DNA of 48,127 bases, from the NCBI GenBank assembly GCA_051942205.1, contig JAVECO010000172.1, positions 1 through 48,127 of the forward strand, read 5' to 3'. Shown in pieces: positions 12,600 to 24,155 of the stretch. The stretch is from Coniocarpon cinnabarinum. Its lineage: Eukaryota. The translations under genes were made by a program, and so were the position numbers. The notes under the pieces are model-generated. The model was not told the origin of the DNA, did no database searches, and was given only the letters and a program-made list of their open reading frames with translations. Position 1 is the stretch's first letter. Each line of letters starts with the position of its first letter.

Positions 12600-12905
12600 A
12601 TCTTTCCTTGAAGGGTGGAAAGAGGTTTGGAAACTTTCCTTAAAGGAAGAGGTAGATGTTGGAGATTGTCCTTGGAGGACAGGATGGGTGTTGAAGCGGT
12701 TCCTCAAGGGAAAGCGAGAAGATTCAGAACCTTTCCTTGAAGGATGAAAAGTGGACTGTGGGCTTTCCTTGAAGGCATAAGTAGATGGTGGAAGCTGTCC
12801 TTGAAGGACAGGATGGGCGTTGGAGTGGCTCCTCAAGGGAAGCGAGGTATGATCAGAATCTTTCCTTTGAGGAAAGCAGAAGAATTGGGATGTTTTCATC
12901 AAGGG
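12600..12905. repeat. Array of 10 quasi-palindromic CCTTGAAGG-like motifs at 32-33 bp spacing, including a 129-bp higher-order duplication
   Basis: Motif starts at 12606, 12638, 12670, 12702, 12735, 12767, 12799, 12831, 12864 and 12897. Confidence 0.88.
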
Positions 12906-15900
12906 TATCACAGCAGCCGATGAGTAATGGATGGATGATTGATGGACTGATAATGCAAGTGTGTCAGAGAAAGGTGTTGATGGAGGGAAGAGCATGGAGA
13001 GAAAAAAAAGAGGAGGAAAGAGGAAGAGAGGGAAAGAACGTCGGACTGGCTTAAGTATTGGCACGGAAACGATGATGAGCGCTAGGGAAAGGTCATGGGA
13101 GCAGCAATGTATTGATTCTCGGCTAATTAATGACTCAGAGAAGCCAGAAGGTGCAGCGGTGGAAGGCAGCAGCCACTGTCACGTTCGAGCAGTGTCGAAC
13201 GGTAGCAATATCTCGCCAATGCCTGCATATAATGACTCGCAAAAAGCCGGCCCTTGCCGCCGAGGTCCAGGAGAGCGTCCAAATCCACTTTGTTTGATCT
13301 CAAAGGCTTGGGTTGTTGCGTGAGAGCATGCTGTCGACGTCGGCACGGGGAGCTCCGAAATTGTTACTTAGGGTTATGAAGGCTAAATGTGAAGGGCGAG
13401 GCTTGGGATATGGACGACGGCAGCAATGGGAACCCTTTCTTGCCTTTGTAGATATCTTCAAGTGCTTGAGAAGCATTTCCATAGTGAATAAAATCAGATT
13501 ATTGATCTTCTGTTGCCTTTTGATCCCTAAATTTGACAGTAAATGGAGGAACGAGCCTACACGTCGACCACTTCCGCAACACTTCAGTTCTCTTGCGGAT
13601 GTACGTCCACGAGAAGACCCTTCCTACACAAGGAGCCGCAAATGAAGAGAGGGACAGGGAAGAGAAGGAGGTAGACGAGCGTTCAAGCCGCTATGCGTCG
13701 TCTTCGTCTTTGGGAATCGTTGATATGGCTGAGGGTATCGCCACGAATGCAACATAGCATTTCACAAGAGAAGCAGACACGGCCTATTCCTACATCTACA
13801 TTGAGTTGTAGACATCATCAGCGTCAGGGAAGGTCGCAGCTCTCCCATCAACGGAGTATATTACAAGCCTTGATCGGTGATTGCTTGGAATCAGCCAAGA
13901 ACCGCCAGTGTTGCTATCCAACGCCGACCTGCTTTTGTCGAAGCTCCTGCAACGATAGCTACACTTTTCAGGACCCACACAGCGTTGGACAGCATCTTGA
14001 CAGGCCTTGCAAGCTTGACTTCATGGCCTCGTAGGGACAAGAAGACATGGCATGAACCCAACGACCGTCCGAAGACGAATGTTCAAGACTCAATACGGAG
14101 ATGTAAAACCCAGGAGAATACCTCTCAGAGTCTCACCATCTAGCATACTGCACTCAAAGATGCAAGTGAGTATGAGAAGTGAGTTGCAGCCGCTACAATA
14201 TCTTTGCAGATACGAAATGAAATCAAAGTCACAGCGACGAGGTCGGTGTAATCAAGTCCTGTCGACCAGCTTCCGAAAAGACGGTCATCTACCAGCGACT
14301 TGAAATAGGCCTTTACCAATAGGCGGCATATCTCCGAGTTAACACACATGCCTGAGACCGTGTTCAATGCGGTTTCTTATCAAGCCTGAAAGCAAGCAGC
14401 TGGGAGAACACCTAGTGAACGTTTGATTCACATCTTTTGCATCAATGAGAGTATATCATCTGACAGGCATGCTACTTGGTTCTTACTCATGCCCATTGGA
14501 TCTGCAAGCAACATGCTTAGACTCTGGGATTTTTCTAAGCGAACCTCCATTTTCAGGGCGATACATTACTGGCACAAGGATGATGTTCGAGGAAAAAGCA
14601 AGCAATGAGACCTACCTCACTTACCTCACTTACCTGCCGTTCATATCTTGAGCATATAGGATCATTCAGCAATGCCGTCCTCTCTGCCAACTTCTTCGCA
14701 TCTGGCCACGGGCCCCAGGTCGTTGATGCATACGGTCGTTCCGAGGCTACCGCTATTTTGAGGCGTGAACCGAGTTCAAGCTCATATCTCGACGAGTGTA
14801 AAATCGGGTTGGAATTTTGATTACGACTTCGAGGGGGAGAGCTGTCGCATCAGCAGCGCCTGTGAGTATAGACACAATACAACTCTTCCAAAGAAATCAG
14901 TCATGGACGAATTCTTCCGTGGCGCGCTTCTGCATGAGGGCTGCAACCCTTCCAACATCCTCGACAGGGCTAGGACAATCCTGGCTCCGGTAAGTCGACG
15001 AGCTGATACGTCTGGTTTTCGATAGGCGTGAAGCCTATACGTTCACTGATGCGAGAGCATTTCTATTGGCTATACAGACCAGAGAGCGGCGGATTTCGCA
15101 ATCAAGTGCTGTGTATAAAATGGAAAGATGCACTTTAAGACAAAGAGACAACGCCAAGGAATACCTGCCAGCGCCACGAGTGTCTCGATGGTCCTTCACA
15201 AGTCGTGATTCCTTGAGTTCGTTCCGTCATTCGCGTGATTGGTCATGAACATCAACCCTTGCAGTCGTCCACACATGAGGATGTGTGCTGCTCGATCCAC
15301 TACAAGCCAACCTATCGCTGTAACGGTTGGTAAATAGTCAAGATATTGACGTCCTAGATTCGAGCCACTGCAGATCAATGCTCGAGCTCGCCACTTGCGG
15401 CAAAATCCAGAGAAACTAGCTAATCAGCGAGTATCAGTATGTTTCGTGACCGTGGTTCGCTAACCCGGCGTTGCTGGTCACTAGGCCCTAGGCGTTGTGG
15501 GATCGAACCTGCTGGCGCATATTCCTCAGCTCCTGAAGACATGTCGACTCAATCCCAGGGTGATCAACTGACTATCTTCGTGCCATCTCTTGAAAGTTCA
15601 AGGGAGAACAGGCTTCACGGGCCTCGAGTTGACATTGTTGCTCATTCGAAAGCTCTTAGACCATCTCCCTAAGACGACCTGATTCCTCTATTGTGTGCCG
15701 GTATTTGAATCCATATCAAGGTCCAATAAGATAGCAAGTGCATCTGATTTCAATGTGAACTGCTCGCCTAGCGCCCTCGGCGCACTCCTTCGCCAGGTCG
15801 CCGGCAATCTTTGCTTTTGCAGTCTTGAGTCTTTCTAGCCTCTTATAATACGCAACGTGTGGCAAGACAAATTGCGGACATGCGAATCTGGTGATCCCTC

Positions 15901-17105
15901 GACTCTTCAATTCATGGCGCGGTCGCTTGCCCGTGGGCTACCTTGCCGAGATGAGGAGCTCTTTGAGTCAATACGGAGGTGAATGGCATCTCCTCCGGTG
16001 AGTCCATCGCGTGCTTGTAGCAGGCTCAATTCGTTTGGTCTTCATCGTCGTGTACTTGAGGTCAAGACATCAATCGAAGATGCGAAACTCCAAAGGATCT
16101 CGGGTCGGCCCAAGGAATCAATGGACTCATTTCTGTGACGGAATTTGATGATTGATCCATCAAGGACGACGCAAAAGTCTCAGAATCGACTCCAATGCGA
16201 GCTTGGGATGTCATAAGGTGAATGCGACCGCTCAAGGGGTGCTGGGGATGTCGAGCCTCAACGTGCAGCGGTCTCAAAGACAACGAGGGGGGTTATCAAA
16301 TTGACGAAAAACTTCCCCCACATGGACACCAGGCTTCTCGAGACAGACGATTCGCACCTGCAAGATTATCGACGGTGTGCAGACTAAAAGAATGAAAACC
16401 AAGGAACATTATGCTACTAGTGTAATAGAAATGGCTGGGGATTTTGACTCGGTCTTGGCAGCCGGCGCCAGTGAGCTTCCCCTGCAGTATTGCTGCCAGG
16501 GGTAAATTCTCCTCCTGCCCTTGCAGCCATTGTTGTTGTGGAACAGGAATCTGACGTCTACATGCAAAACTCCGCCAGCTGAAAGAACCCGCGAGACTGC
16601 TCTTTAAACCAAAGTTGTCCAGCGTGCCTCGAGGCAATCACACGCAGACCTCCCATTTACTGTGGGAGCAGCTTCATCTTTGAATTGGTCTAGCCATCGA
16701 GAATGAAACTCACACAATGGATCAGAAATGCTGACCTTCTACTTATGATACAGTAGAAGAATTCTTATGATCCCAATGCTCGAGGCCGCCGCCAACCTTA
16801 CAGTCACTTGCACATCTCCGCGCGCTGCTTTCTCCGCACACTCGACGTTCGTGGACAAAGCGAACACCTGCGCTCCAACGCACGACTCTTTGTCACATCT
16901 CCTCCCTCTCCCCATTGCCCGAAACAGCTCCCTCGTTTCATGTTGCTGCCGGCTTCAGAAAACACTCGTCAAAGCGCCATGATTCTTTCATTTCATCGAT
17001 TTCACGGCTTCGTTAAGTTTTACATGCAATGTTACAACTCGTGCCATTGAGCGTAATTCTGTGTTCCCTTTAGAAGCTAGCTGAGTTGTGTGGACTGTGG
17101 AGAAC

Positions 17106-18476
17106 ATGTCGATTCACCAGTCGCCAGTGCAAAGCCCTCAAATAGGTGTCGTGCCGGGCCTGACCGGCATTCACGCCGTCAATGGCGTACCCGTGATGCC
17201 CTATAACACCTTCATTGCCCCTTCAACACCCAACCTCAACGCCTTCGCCCAGAATCGCAGTGAACAGCCAGCTGCACGATCAAATGGCATGCCCAGCGTC
17301 GGCAGCCGTGCGCCCGCCTTCAAAGCCAAAGCCGTCATCGAAGGCCGCATCAAAGGTACAGCGTTCCCCCTTTCTTATCCCATCTCTCCCTGCCGCCACA
17401 TTCGTCATCTCACCCGCAGCAGACATCGAACTCTCTCAATTCGCCATCGCCCACGAATGGCTCATCCTCGTCTTCATCCCCATGGCCTGGAGTTTCATCT
17501 GCCCGACCGAAATCCGCGCCTTCGACCGCCGCATCCAGGAATTCGAGACCCGCTCCTGCGCCGTCGTCTTCTGCTCCACCGACTCCGAATACGTTTTGAG
17601 GGCGTGGAACAACACGCCTGAAGACGAGGGCGGGCTCGGCGACGTCCACGTCCCGTTAATCTCAGACCGCTCGCATCATATTTCTCGGGACTACGGCGTG
17701 CTCGTCGAGAACGAGGGCGTGGCGCAACGCGCGATGTTCATTATTGATCCACGGGGTACTATCAGGCAGGTGACGACGAATGATGCGAATGTGGGACGCA
17801 GCGTGGATGAGGCAAGGAGGCTGGTCGATGCGCTCGAGTTTACGGATGAGTTTGGGGAGGGCTGTCCCATTGATTGGAAGAAGGGGGACAAGGGGGTGAA
17901 CATGGAGGGTGAGGGCTCGAAGAAACGGGGTAGCTCCAGCGCGCAGCAGGGGAGTGTGAGTTCCGGTGGCAACAGCCGGAGTCAGAGTATCAACAAGCGG
18001 CCGAGTAACGTGAGGCAGAATACTTGGAGTGGCAACTTGGGATGGTGAGTCTTCTGCGACTTGAGATTGCCGGGAAGAAAACGATGCTGATGAGCTTCGT
18101 AGGCTTTCTGGACGCTCGAGCACTTCCACCGCGACGCCACCGCCGGCTCCGCTCTCACCTGTGCAAGGAGTCCCTCTGCATCAAGCAAAGAGCAGTATTT
18201 CCAGTGAGTGCCAGAGTCTCACCTCTTAGCCCAAGGCCCATATCATCTCGAAATCACCGCATAGTCAATGCAGTGCTAATACTGCTTATAGGTAATAAAT
18301 CCGCCATTCAGCAAAACGCTCAGCAACGTCTCGCGCCTATTGATGATGGCCAGGAGTACATGGGCCAGGTCACGGCACGGCCCATTGGCAGCATGGGTGG
18401 GTACTTTGATCCAGTGGTGTCGCCGTTGGAGCAGCCAGCTACTGTGCTTAACCAAATGATGCACTCTGCACATTAG
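17106..18476 (+). CDS. Typical 2-Cys peroxiredoxin (AhpC/Prx1 family) with long N- and C-terminal low-complexity extensions; introns 17356-17422, 18045-18102 and 18204-18291
   Basis: Peroxidatic motif PMAWSFICPTE, GRSVDEARR and resolving-Cys GEGCPIDW. The three GT..AG introns keep the frame open to TAG at 18476. Confidence 0.85.
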
Positions 18477-18918
18477 ACTCTAGAGCCACTGACGACGAGC
18501 GTGCCCATGTTCTTGCTCGTGGATAGGGCGCCACGTGGTATCAAACGCTGAATGATATCATTCTTGACATGTTTGATTTGCGGCGTCATCTTCACTCTAT
18601 TTCTAGGTACACCGAGCTTTCGATGCGGTGTCACAGACTAAGTGTAGGTGCATTGCCTATAAGAGAAATACGTAGTGAGGAATGCGCTCAAGCAACAAAC
18701 AGCTCACTCCCAAGCTTTTCACTATGCCGCACAAGCCGCAAGGCTCCGATCTTGTGCGATGGTAAAACGAGCATTGTGATTACAAGAACGTTTCGATACG
18801 CTTTGATATTCATTATATCTATAGTAATTTTCCCCTCTATTCATGCGTCATCAATCTCGTACAAAGTGTCGTAAGATACCTCAAGGGCCTGAAATCCACC
18901 AATATCTTAAATCTCAAA

Positions 18919-19272
18919 TTACTGCTGCTGGCAGATATTAGAACTAGCCGAGAGTTGGCGATGTGATGGGGTTACCTGATCCCAGGGGGCATATCGCTGC
19001 CCATCACCACCGTTCAGACTGGCGAGCCAACTGGCATAGTTGGCAGCGGCGCGCAGGCGTGAGGCATCTTCCTCCTGCTGCTGTTGCAGGAAATGCTGGT
19101 ATCGAGCAATGACCGGCTCGAGGCGGGAGTTTGTTGCGTTTGAGGACGCAGCGGCGATACTCGGAGGAGCGAGAGTTGGTGCTGTTATTGACGTGGCGGT
19201 TTTGCCACGCAGTGGCTGCGCTTGAGTTGAGCTAGGCCGTTGTGTTTCGCTACCAGACTGGTTGGAAGTCAT
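18919..19272 (-). CDS. Small hypothetical protein (117 aa)
   Basis: ATG in a good context (CAAAATG); S/T/Q-rich open frame; no known motif. Confidence 0.45.
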   Translation of the reverse strand: MTSNQSGSETQRPSSTQAQPLRGKTATSITAPTLAPPSIAAASSNATNSRLEPVIARYQHFLQQQQEEDASRLRAAANYASWLASLNGGDGQRYAPWDQVTPSHRQLSASSNICQQQ

Positions 19273-19862
19273 TTTGTGGATCTAGAGGCGTTGATTGAGT
19301 TCTGAAGAGGTCTATGCCTGAATGCTTGGTAATCTTTGAGATAGCGCAGGAGCGAACTCGAGGGGAAAATACAAGTGAGACGTCATGTTGGCGAACAAGC
19401 TGGGCATGTGGTTGCGTGCGAAAAGAGAAGGTTTATCCTTCCTATAACCGCACAGTATCACCTGTGGTTTCTGACCTTTCTGGCCTATTCTTCACCATCA
19501 GGCGCATCGTCACTGCATAGTTCTGACTCTGTGGGATCCAGGTATGGCTCGTCGAGTGACAATGGGTACTTGCATGCCAACATAGCAGTATGAAGCTGCA
19601 TAGTACTGAGCTTGTCCCCAGGTTCCCAAAGCGTGGCTGCGAAGCTGTCGGGATCTCTGAGAGAGCAGACCTCAAGCCCGTACTTGTCTTTGAGGTGACG
19701 CACATAACGTTCAAGCACGATTTTGTCCTTCTCAAATGTTGTCTTGGGCTGCTGTGTTGGCGATTTCTACGTGAAAACTCAACCAGCCCACCTACGACTT
19801 TTAAGTCGGCCTGACGTTACTTTCAAATCCGATCTTGTCACCATACTGACCTATAAATGTAG

Positions 19863-20860
19863 GCAAGATATTTACCAGGCACCTGGACCCGGAGGTGTCG
19901 AGGCAGTTGGTGGTCGGCTTCATGCGTCGACATTGGTCCGCAGAAGACGAGGTGGCCCAAGCCATGGTGGCTTTTGAGCAGACTTTCGCCAATTGGGCAT
20001 CAATTCTAAAATCAGCAGTCTGGGATCGCTTTGAGACGGAAGAATGCGATGCCAAAAAGATGATCGTAATCAGGTGAGTCTTCTTGTGCGTCTGGAGTGA
20101 TTGCAACAGAGTTCGTCCCCGCTTTGATTTGCTGAGCGTAGGACATCGCGTGGAAAACGTTAGTTGACAAGCGAATAGCAATCTGTCATCAATGGAAGCC
20201 GCCCTGCTGCATGAGCTGCATGAGCAGACCCTGACCAACGAAGATTACGTTGAGCCATACATTGCAAGTGAAGCCACAATTGAACTGTGGCTGAAGCACG
20301 CCTGGTTGGACCGTGGCAATGACAGAAAGGGCTGGAGATACCCCGGGGTGCAGCCCACACGAGATGCAGAAAATGCGCTCGACCGAGATGTCTTCCAGCT
20401 TCTACCTAAGCGTCGCGCTGAGCACCAAGTCATGACGGTGAGTTGTTCCGCTCCACAAATGCGTGGCAGTCTCCAAAGCGCTTAGCGAGCTAGCGTGGCT
20501 CTGAAGTAAATACTGACATTTCGCAGATGATTCAACAACGGAAGCAGAAGCAACATGACCAGTGGTTCCGAGCACTCCTCCTGCGAACGGATCGGGAAGG
20601 CAAACCCGAGTTGGAGCATTATCACAGGAAACAAGCGCAGAGACAGTAGGTGTAAACCAAGCTACTTCCTCCACCACGACAGAGCCAAGGCGGAGGAAGA
20701 GGGACGTCGCCGAGCGGCCGAGGCTCGAAAGGTGCGGGAATACAAGGAACTGCAGCAGTTGCTTCACCCTCCTCCCCGCCGTCCAACGCCACCGCCACGC
20801 GTCATCAGTCCTTTCAAGCCAGAGGACGACAACACAGGCATATGGGAGCCGAATCAATGA
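19863..20860 (+). CDS. Spliced hypothetical gene or pseudogene (several helical-looking exons)
   Basis: Acceptor ACTGAC..TAG near 19862, GTGAGT donors near 20074 and 20438, and ACTGAC..CAG at 20526. The last exon frames do not join cleanly. Confidence 0.3.
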
Positions 20861-21030
20861 GGTGGCTTGTCACGTGATAGCGCGCCTGCGAACTCATCGT
20901 CTACGCGTCACTAGCGCGGTTGATCCTGTATCGAACGCATGAGATGCCTTTCTTCTATGTCATTGAAACACCACAGTGATGTGTCACACTGCCTCGAATT
21001 GCAATATTGTGTGATCTGAAATGCTGGAAG

Positions 21031-21441
21031 ATGTCTGCTAAGCCTCCGTCCTCGACTAGTCGACCTTTTAAGCCTCCCCGACCATCCCAGACCGCTCGTG
21101 CAAACACTGCCTCTGCGTCTACGACTCGACCAGGCATGATTGAGTCTGATTCAGAACCATCCGGTACTCAAGACATCACCCCATCACAGTCAATTCCATC
21201 GATTCCTCTGGCGCTTGTCTCTCGGCTTCTCCATGATCATTTCAAGAATTCAGACACCCGCATTACTAAGGAAGCCATGAGCATGATCGAGAAGTACATT
21301 GAGACATTCATGAAAGAAGCTGTGGTCCGAACAGTGCTGTCCAAGAACGAGCAGCAGAATCGTGATGCCGATGGCGGCGATGGGTTCTTAGAAGTTGAAG
21401 ATCTTGAGAGAGTTGTGCTGCAATTGCTTCTAGATTTTTGA
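21031..21441 (+). CDS. MHF2: Centromere protein X / FANCM-associated histone-fold protein
   Basis: IPLALVSRLLHDHFKNSDTRITKEA...FMKEAVVR...FLEVEDLERVVLQLLLDF has the CENP-X histone fold and the terminal LLLDF. Confidence 0.9.
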   Translation: MSAKPPSSTSRPFKPPRPSQTARANTASASTTRPGMIESDSEPSGTQDITPSQSIPSIPLALVSRLLHDHFKNSDTRITKEAMSMIEKYIETFMKEAVVRTVLSKNEQQNRDADGGDGFLEVEDLERVVLQLLLDF

Positions 21442-21591
21442 TCATTGCAACATCCACTATAATGTCACCAATTCTCAACGATAAGGGCGACTTTCAGCGC
21501 AATTCTCAGGTCTGTCAATCTTACACAACACACCCGGTCATTGGTTAAGCACAATCCCGCCTGATAGATTGGCTACTAAGCAATCGGCGCT

Positions 21592-23346
21592 TTACGAATT
21601 TCCGCCAAGCAACCTGGCAGCCTTGACTGCGATAGCATATACCAACCCCATTGTATGTTCTCCAGGACTCACTGGAACAACGCTTGCATCTGCAACAAAT
21701 ACATTGCTTGTTCCATATACCTTCACGTTCTGATCGACAACACCATCACTTCGCGCCGCTGCCATCATTGCTCCACCTGTCTGATGGCTTCCGCTACCGA
21801 GGCCCTGGAAAACTTGCTGTTCTAATTCTCCAAACTGCAGTGTCCCATTGAGACTAAATCTTGCCGCAATGGACGAAAGAGGCGTCGCACGTGGAACTGT
21901 CGTAGCGTAATACTGCACCGCTTTGCTCAGAATCCAGAGATCCCATTGCAGAACAGTACCATTCGCCAGGGCGATGTTGGCAGAGTTGTATCCCGCGTCA
22001 ATCACAGGACTCTCGCTGGCATCGCGAGAAGCTGCGTGAATAGTCCCTTGACTGAGCGGGTGCAGTACGTAAATATTGACAAACCCATAGTACCATCCGT
22101 ACTCGATGAATGAATCATCCAGTTGCCAGAGGTACTTGACCATTTGCCATGTTGCCTCACTAGTATCGATCGGCTTGTTGCTGTCATCATCGAGTAGTGC
22201 GCTGGCGAACGCATAGTCTTCAGCAGAGAGAAAACGACTAGGAGACGCGTAATCTTGGAAGTCCTGGATGTACTCGCCTCCGGTGAAGGAGCTATCATTG
22301 AAGCTGAACGAGCCTGCATACGTGAGGTGATCAGCAGTCTGAGTACCTACTACGGGTGATTGGACGCGGACATCGATGCCAAGAGGTGTAAGTATCGCTG
22401 GGTCCCCTACGCCAGAGAGCTCCAGTAGTTGTGGTGTGTGGACAGCTCCAGCGCTCAATACAATGTTGTCCGCATTGACAGTCATCTCATTGCCTGTGCT
22501 GACATCGGCATACTGCAAGCCAGCAGCTGTCACATCTCCAGAATCAGGAACATTCTCATTCCATGCGACTCGCTGCACTAACGATCCTGTCACCACCCGT
22601 AGGTTTGGTCTTTGAGCAGCAACGAGCTCGAAAACGCTTCCACTCCAGCTTCTTGTATACGATTCACTGTCTATGCTCAATGGCACAAAGCCGCATCCAG
22701 TCGTATTGCCTGCAATTCGATCCACGGGCTTTTCTACTCCAAGCCCAATTAACGTGGGGATCACGTAGTCTGTGTACAGGCTGTAGATACTCCTCTGCAT
22801 GCTGCCACGGATCGGTCCGGTGCGCCCATGCACAGTGTCATCCACAGTCAGCGTTTCTGCCAAGTCTGCAGGAGGGTCGGTGAAGTTTTCGCTGCCCTCG
22901 AACGCAGGCAAAAGACTTTCCCAGTCCCATCCCTGTAAACCGAGAACCGAAGACCATCCATCTAACTCGACCGCACTTGGTCGTGCCCAGATGAGATAGT
23001 TCAACACGCTCGATCCGCCCAGTGCCTTTCCTCGAGGTACCTGTATCACAGCATTGTCGTACAAGCTAGCTTGTGGGGTGGTAGTGAAGTTCCAGTCTGC
23101 GGAAGTGCCGACAAGCGACCCTTCTTGTTCTGGCACAAGTGCTCGCGGATCGTTGGCCACCGAATTACCAGCTTCGAGTACGATGACAGACACTTCTGGA
23201 TCGACAGAGAGGAGTAGAGCGAGCGTTAGTCCTGCAGTGCCACCACCAGCGATGGCATAAGTGTAAGTGTCATTAGTGGCTGACTGAGCCGCAATCAAGA
23301 CAATCGCGACCATGCAGGTCAGTACACTCGGGAGCAGACGCGCCAT
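21592..23346 (-). CDS. Secreted GMC oxidoreductase (AA3_2-like), intronless
   Basis: Signal peptide; FAD motif IAGGGTAGL; RGKALGGSSVLN; LSAGAVHTPQLLELSGVG; catalytic-type His residues in SHQTG and EHT; FVADAS. Confidence 0.93.
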   Translation of the reverse strand: MARLLPSVLTCMVAIVLIAAQSATNDTYTYAIAGGGTAGLTLALLLSVDPEVSVIVLEAGNSVANDPRALVPEQEGSLVGTSADWNFTTTPQASLYDNAVIQVPRGKALGGSSVLNYLIWARPSAVELDGWSSVLGLQGWDWESLLPAFEGSENFTDPPADLAETLTVDDTVHGRTGPIRGSMQRSIYSLYTDYVIPTLIGLGVEKPVDRIAGNTTGCGFVPLSIDSESYTRSWSGSVFELVAAQRPNLRVVTGSLVQRVAWNENVPDSGDVTAAGLQYADVSTGNEMTVNADNIVLSAGAVHTPQLLELSGVGDPAILTPLGIDVRVQSPVVGTQTADHLTYAGSFSFNDSSFTGGEYIQDFQDYASPSRFLSAEDYAFASALLDDDSNKPIDTSEATWQMVKYLWQLDDSFIEYGWYYGFVNIYVLHPLSQGTIHAASRDASESPVIDAGYNSANIALANGTVLQWDLWILSKAVQYYATTVPRATPLSSIAARFSLNGTLQFGELEQQVFQGLGSGSHQTGGAMMAAARSDGVVDQNVKVYGTSNVFVADASVVPVSPGEHTMGLVYAIAVKAARLLGGNS

Positions 23347-24155
23347 GGCGAATTAAAAGCAAATTGAAGGCGTGCCAAATGCTTAAAAGGAGCTTTCCTA
23401 TTGTCGTTGCGCTGCATCGCTTGCCCACATCACCGTTGATATGAAGAGATGCTCCTCATCAATGAAGCAGTCTCACAGTGGTTATCTTCTATTCAATCAG
23501 GCCGGCCATTGTTGCCTTAGAGAGCTGTATGGCTATCACGCCCACTGTCTTTGGAAGCGCCAAGACGTTGTAGCTCGCGAGTAAGCACGTGGTAAGCAAC
23601 AGGGTCCTGACTCGAGGAAGAAGAATTGCATAATTGGACACACCAGTCTCCACACCGCTATGTCTATATAAGAGGATGGTCGTAACAACAGCGTCGATGC
23701 TTCGTGATAATTTCTAACATCATGCGCTCTAAGATCTTCCTGAGGCTCAACCATTGGGCTGCTACTCTTTGCACCCCGCGAAAGCCAGGTGATCAGTCTC
23801 CTTGAGGGATATTCATAAATATCAAAAATTTCGGGCGTATTCACAATACAGGTACCAAACAAAAGCCCGGACCAGTCTTGCAAAAGAAACAGCAAGAGTT
23901 TGGTCAGCGGCGCTCACAAGTTGGATTGAGCCATGATCGCCAAGGGACCCACTGTTGACGTGCATCGCCGCAATCAGCGGGCCGAGCCACGCTAACGTCG
24001 AGACTCAGATCCACGAATTAGATCTATTACATCACATCGCGACTGAGGTCCATTCCCAGAATAAGTAGACGCGTTCAAGATGAGCAGGCAGTAGGCGTAC
24101 GGAAATTGCCTTTGTTTGTAACCTTCGATCATTGTATCGGAGCAGTCCTGCCGAG

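Noticed and set aside
12600..12905. CRISPR array
   Set aside because: Eukaryotic locus, repeats of only about 9-11 bp, spacers that recur with a 129-bp period, and no cas genes.
13600..16700. Protein-coding genes or a transposon in this interval
   Set aside because: Only short stop-riddled ORFs; no transposase, RT or integrase motifs, TIRs or LTRs recognisable by eye.
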